A program made the position numbers and the translations under genes. From assembly GCA_046542505.1 (NCBI GenBank), contig JBKHBH010000069.1:1-11332 (forward strand): DNA of 11,332 nucleotides. Direction: 5' to 3'. Under the pieces are notes generated by a model. That model was not told where the DNA came from, did not search any database, and saw nothing but the letters and a program-made list of their open reading frames with translations. Position 1 is the first letter of the stretch, and every line of letters begins with the position of its first letter. The stretch is from Thermovirgaceae bacterium (GTDB taxonomy: Bacteria > Synergistota > Synergistia > Synergistales > Thermovirgaceae). Positions 1 through 5,205 of the stretch are shown in pieces.

Positions 1-72
1 CAGCGTTTTCAAGAATCCTTCGCAGGGACCCGCCGCCGCGGCGCTTATCGAGAAAAAAAACAGAACAAGCAT
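1..72 (-). CDS. 5' end of a gene running off the window (MLVLFFFSISAAAAGPCEGFLKTL...), product unknown
   Basis: GGAGG (84-80) lies 7 nt before ATG at 72. The frame is open to position 1. The hydrophobic, Ala-rich start resembles a signal peptide, but only 24 codons are visible. Confidence 0.45.
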   Translation of the reverse strand, partial: MLVLFFFSISAAAAGPCEGFLKTL

Positions 73-123
73 CCCATGTCCTCCATTCACCGATGCAATT
101 TTGCTTTTGAGGCCGGACGATAT

Positions 124-162
124 CAGGCGGAAAGGATCTTTCTTCACCATCCCTTCCGCCCG
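124..162 (-). other. 14-bp stem-loop without U-tract
   Basis: On the minus strand CGGGCGGAAGGGAT (162-149) pairs with ATCCTTTCCGCCTG (137-124). The two non-Watson-Crick pairs are G-U on minus (A-C on plus). It is followed by ATATCG rather than a U run. Confidence 0.6.
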
Positions 163-195
163 CACTGCATTTTTTTGAGCGCCGGGAAAAACTGT

Positions 196-363
196 TCAAC
201 GGATGATATCCCCAAGGTTCACCCGCTGCCGCATTCTCGGGAACAGGGCACTCATGTTGCCGTCGAAGAGGGTTCCGAAAAAGGGTCCTTCGTGATCCGG
301 CCACGCCTCCCGTTGGCCGCGACAGTGCTTTCTGATGATGATGCAAACCTCGGTTTCGTTCAT
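196..363 (-). CDS. Possible 55-aa small protein of unknown function (MNETEVCIII...LGDIIR); could instead be a structured non-coding RNA
   Basis: SD-like GAGGAG lies about 10 nt before ATG at 363, downstream of a promoter-like sequence at 438-466. No family recognised. Confidence 0.35.
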   Translation of the reverse strand: MNETEVCIIIRKHCRGQREAWPDHEGPFFGTLFDGNMSALFPRMRQRVNLGDIIR

Positions 364-367
364 TGCC

Positions 368-408
368 GTCACGCTCCTCACTCAGAATTGTCCGTCAGGG
401 AGCGTAAC
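368..408 (-). promoter_or_regulatory. Leader hairpin sequestering the SD of the 196-363 ORF
   Basis: GTTACGCTCC (408-399) pairs with GGAGCGTGAC (377-368), giving 10 bp with one G-U. It encloses an inner CGGA/TCTG helix and a CTGA/AGTGA internal loop. Confidence 0.5.
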
Positions 409-437
409 TTCCGCGGAAGATTTCGCTCTGTATGTTT

Positions 438-466
438 ATACTAGTCTAATGATTACTTTTAGTCAA
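438..466 (-). promoter_or_regulatory. Putative sigma70 promoter
   Basis: TTGACT (466-461), 17-nt spacer, TAGTAT (443-438). It overlaps the end of the AlaX gene; TSS predicted near 431. Confidence 0.55.
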
Positions 467-1618
467 CAGTTTCAGCGCATCGATCCACTTTTTCGTCGAG
501 GTTTCGCCCGTTTCACCCTGAACCCACTCCGGCGCCCCACCTCCTCGTGCCTTGAGTTCCGGATGGCCCCGGATGAATTCCCTGAGATCAGTGGAACAGG
601 CTGTCCCTCCGGCAAGAACAAAAGAGGCCTTTCCCGGTTCCTTTCCTGCTAGGGCCAGGGCAATCGTTTTCTCATCCATGATCTCTTTCACGGAAGGAAC
701 GAGCATGTCCATCGGCAGTCCCTCCAGAAAGAGATACCACAACGTACAGGGACCCATATCTTCGGAATTCCACGGCAGTTCAAGCATGTTCCTGGCCTTG
801 TCGAGGACTTTCAGGAACTGTTTCCTTTCCTGCTGCAAAGATTCGTAGACATGAGGAAGCTTTTCCAGGGAACAACCTACGGATCTGAGAAGCGGTCTTA
901 CAACACGACCGTATTCGGCCAGGTGTCGCTCCCTGTGCACGGTGAATGAAACGCTCCAATCGGGCGGGGACCCCTTGAAACCTGTAACGAGCACTCCCCC
1001 GACATCACCCGTCGATTTCGTATGGGTCCCGGAACAGGCGATAATATCAAAATCCGGGATTGAAACCACTCTAATTTCGGGGTCTTCCACCCGTTCCCAG
1101 TTGATCTTCAGTGCCTCTATCATCTCGGCCTTTTCTCTTTCGACAATTTCTACATTCACCGGCAAATCCGCCCGGATTATTTCGAGTGCCTTTTCCTCCG
1201 CGTCGAAAAGAACATCCCAGTCAATATTTCCGTCATAGGAAATCGAAATTGTGCTTTCTTCCTCGCCGATGGCGACCTTGAAAACCTGCAGGCCGGGATG
1301 GGAATCTTCGAGAATTCTGCTGAGAATATGTTCCCCGGTATGCATGCGCGACAGGAGATGGTTCCTATCAAGGTTCACCTCTGCGTCGACGGTCATTCCC
1401 GGTTCAGGTCTCCCCTTTTTGACCCTGAGAAGTAAAATGGGGATACCGCCTCTGTATTGGCAGTCCAACACTTCTGCCTCGAAGGCATCGCTTTTCAGCG
1501 ATCCCGCATCGCCTGGTTGCCCGCCTCCGGCAGGGTGAAAGATGTTTTTTTCCAAAGCCACCAGTGCGCGCTTTCCCTTTGATTCTACAACTTCCGTAAT
1601 ACGTGTTGACCTGTTCAT
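446..1618 (-). CDS. alaX: Alanyl-tRNA editing protein (AlaX family, long form with C-terminal DHHA1-like domain), 390 aa
   Basis: N-terminal FHPAGGGQPGDAG motif, zinc ligands HTGEH (HxxxH) and CSGTH (CxxxH), and C-terminal ARGGG..VQG. GGAGGTG SD before ATG 1618 (MNRSTR) favours this start over the ORF-track start at 1801, which overlaps acyP. Confidence 0.88.
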   Translation of the reverse strand: MNRSTRITEVVESKGKRALVALEKNIFHPAGGGQPGDAGSLKSDAFEAEVLDCQYRGGIPILLLRVKKGRPEPGMTVDAEVNLDRNHLLSRMHTGEHILSRILEDSHPGLQVFKVAIGEEESTISISYDGNIDWDVLFDAEEKALEIIRADLPVNVEIVEREKAEMIEALKINWERVEDPEIRVVSIPDFDIIACSGTHTKSTGDVGGVLVTGFKGSPPDWSVSFTVHRERHLAEYGRVVRPLLRSVGCSLEKLPHVYESLQQERKQFLKVLDKARNMLELPWNSEDMGPCTLWYLFLEGLPMDMLVPSVKEIMDEKTIALALAGKEPGKASFVLAGGTACSTDLREFIRGHPELKARGGGAPEWVQGETGETSTKKWIDALKLLTKSNH

Positions 1619-1726
1619 GAAAACACCTCCAGTGAAAACAGAGGGCCGACGCATGCTTTTCTCGTCGTCCGCTGTCGATGATACACTAAAAACATCAATA
1701 ATCCGGCTACCTCGTGGAGGGTAAAC

Positions 1727-2008
1727 ATGTCTGCTAAAGAGGTCTACGTTCGGGTTTCGGGTATCGTCCAGGGTGTCGGGTTCAGATGGAGGGCCCTGCA
1801 AAAGGCTGGAGAACTAAGTCTGAAGGGGTGGATCCGGAACAGGCCCGACGGGGACGTTGATGCCCTGCTGCAAGGCGATGCGGAAAAAATCCGTAAAATG
1901 ATCGATTGGATGGAACAAGGTCCGCCCCACGCCATTGTTCGTGGCATAGAGGCGCAATGGAAAGATGCTGAAAGTCTTTACGAGGATTTCGAGATCCGAA
2001 AGAGCTAG
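1727..2008 (+). CDS. acyP: Acylphosphatase, 93 aa
   Basis: VSGIVQGVGFR and GWIRN signatures (catalytic Arg and Asn), QGPPHA motif, and GGAGG SD upstream. Confidence 0.95.
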   Translation: MSAKEVYVRVSGIVQGVGFRWRALQKAGELSLKGWIRNRPDGDVDALLQGDAEKIRKMIDWMEQGPPHAIVRGIEAQWKDAESLYEDFEIRKS

Positions 2009-2010
2009 CG

Positions 2011-2059
2011 AATAAGGGCATGGCGACCCGTTTCAGGCCGAAAACCCCATGCCCTTATT
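2011..2059. terminator. Probable bidirectional terminator between convergent acyP and argG
   Basis: Perfect 13-bp inverted repeat AATAAGGGCATGG (2011-2023) / CCATGCCCTTATT (2047-2059) with a 23-nt loop and T-rich ends on both strands. Confidence 0.7.
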
Positions 2060-2077
2060 TTGTCGATTTGAAACGTG

Positions 2078-3316
2078 TTATTTCCCTGCTCCTACGACCT
2101 TCAATTCCGGCGTGTCAATGCTTTGCTCTGAATGCACCGATTTCCACGTCTTCACAGGAAGCCCCCAGATTGTGATAAAGCCTTTTGCCGCTTCGTGGTC
2201 GAAAGCATCATTGTCAGAATAGGTTGCGACATCATCGGCGTACAATGAATGCTCCGCTTGCAGTCCAACCACAACGGCGTTGCCCTTGTAGAGCCGTACT
2301 CTTGCGACTCCGGTCACATGTTTCTGGATGGAATCAAAAAACGCGTCAAGAGCGGTCCGCAACGGAGAATACCAATAACCCACATATGTCAATTCCGCGT
2401 ATTGCAGCGATAGATCCATCTTTGTCATTAGGACATCCTTCGGCAGCGTCATCGTTTCCACAGCCTGGTGTGCCTGAAGGAGGACAACAGTCGCCGGGCA
2501 TTCATAAACCTCACGGCTCTTGAACCCGACAAGACGGTCCTCGAGCATGTCAATTCTCCCGATTCCGTGTTTTCCTGCAATATCGTTGAGAGTTGTTATC
2601 AGGTTGACACCATCCATGGCTTCACCATTAATGGAAACTGGTATCCCTTTTTCAAAACCTATTTCCAGATATTCCGGCTTGTCAGGGGCATCCCAGGGAT
2701 CAGCTGTCATGGTGAAAGCATCACTGGGCGGTTCCGTCCAGGGGTCCTCCAGGGGGCCACATTCGATTGCCCTTCCCCAGAGGTTGTCGTCGATCGAATA
2801 GGGACTTTTCTTCGTCACAGGAACGGGAATGTTATGTTCCTTCGCGTATTCAATTTCGGCGTCCCTGGAAAAATGCCAATCCCTGACAGGTGCGATCACT
2901 TCCAGTTCGGGGTTGAGAGCCGTGGAACACACTTCGATGCGTACCTGATCCTGGCCTTTGCCTGTGCAGCCATGCGCAACAGCTACGGCTCCCTCGATTT
3001 TCGCGATCATGGCCAGATACTTCGAAATCAACGGGCGGGAAAGGGCGGAGACAAGAGGATATTTCCCCTCATACTGGGCATTGGCCATGAGTGCCGGCCA
3101 GACCATGGTTTCCACGAATTCCTTTTTCAGATCCATGACATATGCTTTCGATGCCCCTGTTTTCAGAGCTTTCGCCTTTGTCGCCTCAAGATCGATCTGC
3201 TGACCTACGTCAGCGGTCAGTGTTACGACATCATATCCTTTCTCCTGCAGCCACTTGATAGCCACCGAGGTATCGAGTCCACCACTGTAGGCGAGAATGA
3301 CTTTACCCTTATGCAT
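2078..3316 (-). CDS. argG: Argininosuccinate synthase, 412 aa
   Basis: [30 protein letters not shown] and KSREVYE motifs. AAGGAG SD spacing favours ATG 3316; GTG 3325 is an alternative start. Confidence 0.98.
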   Translation of the reverse strand: MHKGKVILAYSGGLDTSVAIKWLQEKGYDVVTLTADVGQQIDLEATKAKALKTGASKAYVMDLKKEFVETMVWPALMANAQYEGKYPLVSALSRPLISKYLAMIAKIEGAVAVAHGCTGKGQDQVRIEVCSTALNPELEVIAPVRDWHFSRDAEIEYAKEHNIPVPVTKKSPYSIDDNLWGRAIECGPLEDPWTEPPSDAFTMTADPWDAPDKPEYLEIGFEKGIPVSINGEAMDGVNLITTLNDIAGKHGIGRIDMLEDRLVGFKSREVYECPATVVLLQAHQAVETMTLPKDVLMTKMDLSLQYAELTYVGYWYSPLRTALDAFFDSIQKHVTGVARVRLYKGNAVVVGLQAEHSLYADDVATYSDNDAFDHEAAKGFITIWGLPVKTWKSVHSEQSIDTPELKVVGAGK

Positions 3317-3364
3317 GAAGACCACAGCTCCTTTTCATATTTTTCCGACTTGTCGTGCTCCAAT

Positions 3365-3398
3365 AAAAAAAGCCCGTCCCTGGGAAGGGACGGGCTTT
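3365..3398 (-). terminator. Intrinsic terminator of the T-box leader
   Basis: AAAGCCCGTCCCT-TCCC-AGGGACGGGC followed by TTTTTTT. Its 5' arm is shared with the antiterminator. Confidence 0.93.
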
Positions 3399-3600
3399 AT
3401 ACCCGCGGTGCCACCCTTATTGCCGTTTTACCGGCCGCTCACGACCTCCCGGCCGTTAGTTGCCCCTACTTGGCGGTTTGCCTTTCTTCGGGGCCGGCTC
3501 GGGGGCTCTTTTCGGCCGGTCTCGTCGAGGAACGCTTTCAGCGAACTGCATCCCCTCTCTGTCGACGAGCACACGTCCTACTCCTCCCCGTCATCGCCGC
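3365..3600 (-). ncRNA. Transcriptional T-box riboswitch, Arg-specific (specifier AGA)
   Basis: Stem I has GCGATGA (GA motif), AGTA, CAGAGAG (AG bulge), GCTGAAAG (GNUG loop) and specifier loop GAA-A-AGA-G (AGA at 3509-3507). Stem II is GCCCC-GAA...AGTA-GGGGC. The T-box is AATAAGGGTGGCACCGCG (3421-3404), with antiterminator helices AAGGG/CCCTT and GCGGG/CCCGT, followed by the terminator. Confidence 0.95.
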
Positions 3601-3672
3601 ATATCCATATGCAACTGACGAAGAAAAAACAGGTCTTATACGTCTCGCTCGTCTGAACCGGGTGCCGTTCAT
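3538..3672 (-). CDS. Putative Arg-rich leader peptide, 44 aa (MNGTRFRRARRIRPVFSSSVAYGYAAMTGRSRTCARRQRGDAVR)
   Basis: GGAG lies 9 nt before ATG 3672, about 35 nt after the predicted TSS. Six of codons 5-13 are Arg (CGG, AGA, CGA, AGA, CGT, AGA), and 12 of 44 overall. It sits upstream of argG and overlaps T-box Stem I. Confidence 0.55.
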   Translation of the reverse strand: MNGTRFRRARRIRPVFSSSVAYGYAAMTGRSRTCARRQRGDAVR

Positions 3673-3694
3673 CTGCAATCGCTCCAAATGTGTG

Positions 3695-3715
3695 TTTCCT
3701 GCAGTTCGCAGGAAA
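3695..3715. promoter_or_regulatory. 8-5-8 perfect inverted repeat over the argG transcription start; candidate operator
   Basis: TTTCCTGC (3695-3702) AGTTC GCAGGAAA (3708-3715), sharing its last base with the -10 box. Confidence 0.4.
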
Positions 3716-3743
3716 TTATACAGGGCGATTTCCACAATGTCAA
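3715..3743 (-). promoter_or_regulatory. Consensus sigma70 promoter of the argG leader
   Basis: TTGACA (3743-3738), 17-nt spacer, TATAAT (3720-3715). Confidence 0.92.
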
Positions 3744-3766
3744 CAAAAGGGCCGCCTGATGTGTTT

Positions 3767-4549
3767 TCAAAACTTCAGTTTCTCAAATCCTTCTCGGCGC
3801 AAGTTGTCCATCGCCGTATAATCCGTCAAATCCATGTGAATCGGCGTAACGGAGATATAACCTTCGGAAACGGCGGTTACGTCGCTCCCCTCGTCAAGTC
3901 GGTCCTCGGGGTTTCCGGAAACCCAGAAAAACTCGTTTCCTTTCGGATCAAGCAGGCGTGTGACCTTTTCGGCATAATAACGGAAACCCTTTTTCGTTAC
4001 CTTTATCCCCTGTATTTCATGACGAGGGAGGTTCGGCACATTAATATTCAGCAGAGGTTTACTCCGCCATGACAGGAACGGGAATGTTGCCAGAATTTCC
4101 ACAACTGCATCAGCCGCCGTCCGATAGTGATGTACCTCATCCTCGGTTTTACAATTGAGTGAAACTGCAATGGCGGGCTTTCCCAGAAAATGTCCTTCTA
4201 CAGCAGCTGATACCGTCCCCGAGTATGTCAGGTCGTCTCCCAGATTCGGCCCTCTGTTGATGCCCGAAATAACCATGTCAGCTCCGTTTCCCTCACTTTC
4301 AAGACCGAGGACGACACAATCGGATGGTGTGCCATCACAGGCATGAGCCATAAGCCCTTCAGGATATTGTCCCCCTGTGATTTTCCAGAGTCTCAACGGT
4401 CGTGTCAGTGTTATGGCATGGCCGACACTGCTTCTTTCCCTGTCAGGCGCCACCACAAATGTTTCAAAGTCGTTTTCAAAAAGGCATGACGCAAGTGTGA
4501 CAATTCCGGGTGCAAAGACACCGTCGTCGTTTGTAACAAGGACCTTCAT
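3767..4549 (-). CDS. surE: 5'/3'-nucleotidase SurE, 260 aa
   Basis: LVTNDDG, VVAPD, GTPSDCV, SGINRGPNLG, YSGTVSAA and LNINVP motifs. GGGAG SD before ATG 4549. Confidence 0.96.
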   Translation of the reverse strand: MKVLVTNDDGVFAPGIVTLASCLFENDFETFVVAPDRERSSVGHAITLTRPLRLWKITGGQYPEGLMAHACDGTPSDCVVLGLESEGNGADMVISGINRGPNLGDDLTYSGTVSAAVEGHFLGKPAIAVSLNCKTEDEVHHYRTAADAVVEILATFPFLSWRSKPLLNINVPNLPRHEIQGIKVTKKGFRYYAEKVTRLLDPKGNEFFWVSGNPEDRLDEGSDVTAVSEGYISVTPIHMDLTDYTAMDNLRREGFEKLKF

Positions 4550-4586
4550 GGCGGAATCACTCCCGTTTGCCCGTTTTCGGTGTTTT

Positions 4587-5198
4587 TCAGAGCCCCAGCG
4601 CAAGGTTGTGCAACGCCCAGATAATCGGGCCAATGATCCTTTGAATAACCCCGAACATCAACAGGAAAATGAGGACGAAAAATCCATACCTCTCAAGCCA
4701 GAAGTACGACTGCAGCCAGCGCGGCGGGAGGACCAGGTACAGCAGTTTCGAACCGTCAAGGGGCGGGATCGGAATCAGGTTGAAGATTCCAAGTCCAAGA
4801 TTGATCAGGATCATCAGCTGCAAAAGAGTGAGAAGGCTGGGCATCGCGACGAAGGGCCCTGGCATGATGCGGAAAAGCATTCCACAGATGAAAGCTGTCA
4901 GGAAATTGCCCCCCGATCCGGCGAGAGAAACGAGTGCCATATCACGGGACGGGTTCTTGAAATACCTCGGTTCTATGGGAACAGGCTTCGCCCAGCCAAA
5001 CCGGAAAATGAGAAGCATTATTGCACCTATAGGGTCAAGGTGTGCCAATGGGTTCAAGGTCAACCGGCCTGCTCGCTCAGCCGTAGGGTCACCCAGACGG
5101 AAAGCCGTGTAGCCGTGACAGAATTCATGAAATGTAATTGCCCACAACACGGCTGGAAGGCTTAAAAGCAAGATCCTGAAATCAGGAAGGCCAAACAT
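4587..5198 (-). CDS. Site-2 protease family (peptidase M50) membrane metalloprotease, about 203 aa
   Basis: HEFCH (HExxH), GRLTLNPLAHLDP, FGWAKPVP and NLIPIPPLDG motifs plus several hydrophobic segments. ATG 5198 lies just after the upstream stop. Confidence 0.92.
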   Translation of the reverse strand: MFGLPDFRILLLSLPAVLWAITFHEFCHGYTAFRLGDPTAERAGRLTLNPLAHLDPIGAIMLLIFRFGWAKPVPIEPRYFKNPSRDMALVSLAGSGGNFLTAFICGMLFRIMPGPFVAMPSLLTLLQLMILINLGLGIFNLIPIPPLDGSKLLYLVLPPRWLQSYFWLERYGFFVLIFLLMFGVIQRIIGPIIWALHNLALGL

Positions 5199-5205
5199 TT
5201 CGACA

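Noticed and set aside
300..431. Lysine riboswitch or 6S RNA assignment for the left intergenic region
   Set aside because: Only isolated short words match (ACTGTC here; AGCGGGT at 227-221). The ordered conserved motifs of either family are not evident, so it is left unassigned.
76..444. 122-aa plus-strand ORF (and the overlapping 335-652 ORF)
   Set aside because: No SD and no recognisable motif. The promoter, SDs and G-U pair bias all point to the minus strand.
1679..1687. Extended -10 TGATACACT as the acyP promoter
   Set aside because: Plausible, but there is no supporting -35, so it is too weak to call.
1619..1801. N-terminal extension of AlaX in the ORF track (start 1801)
   Set aside because: It overlaps acyP on the opposite strand. 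A strong GGAGGTG SD supports ATG 1618.
1727..2008. acyP as a split HypF N-terminal domain linked to hypAB
   Set aside because: It retains both catalytic residues of an ordinary acylphosphatase and lies more than 8 kb from hypB on the opposite strand.
3598..3613. TGCATAT-GG-ATATGCG dyad as an ArgR ARG box
   Set aside because: The TGCAT/ATGCG half-sites are 6 nt apart rather than 4, there is a single copy, and it lies about 100 nt downstream of the TSS.
3673..3735. Longer 65-aa version of the leader ORF starting at 3735
   Set aside because: That start lies in the promoter spacer, upstream of the predicted TSS. ATG 3672 has an SD.
2468..4072. 534-aa plus-strand ORF spanning argG, the T-box and surE
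   Set aside because: It is in exact codon register antisense to both argG and surE, a common shadow frame. It has no recognisable motifs or SD, and the interval is fully explained by minus-strand features.
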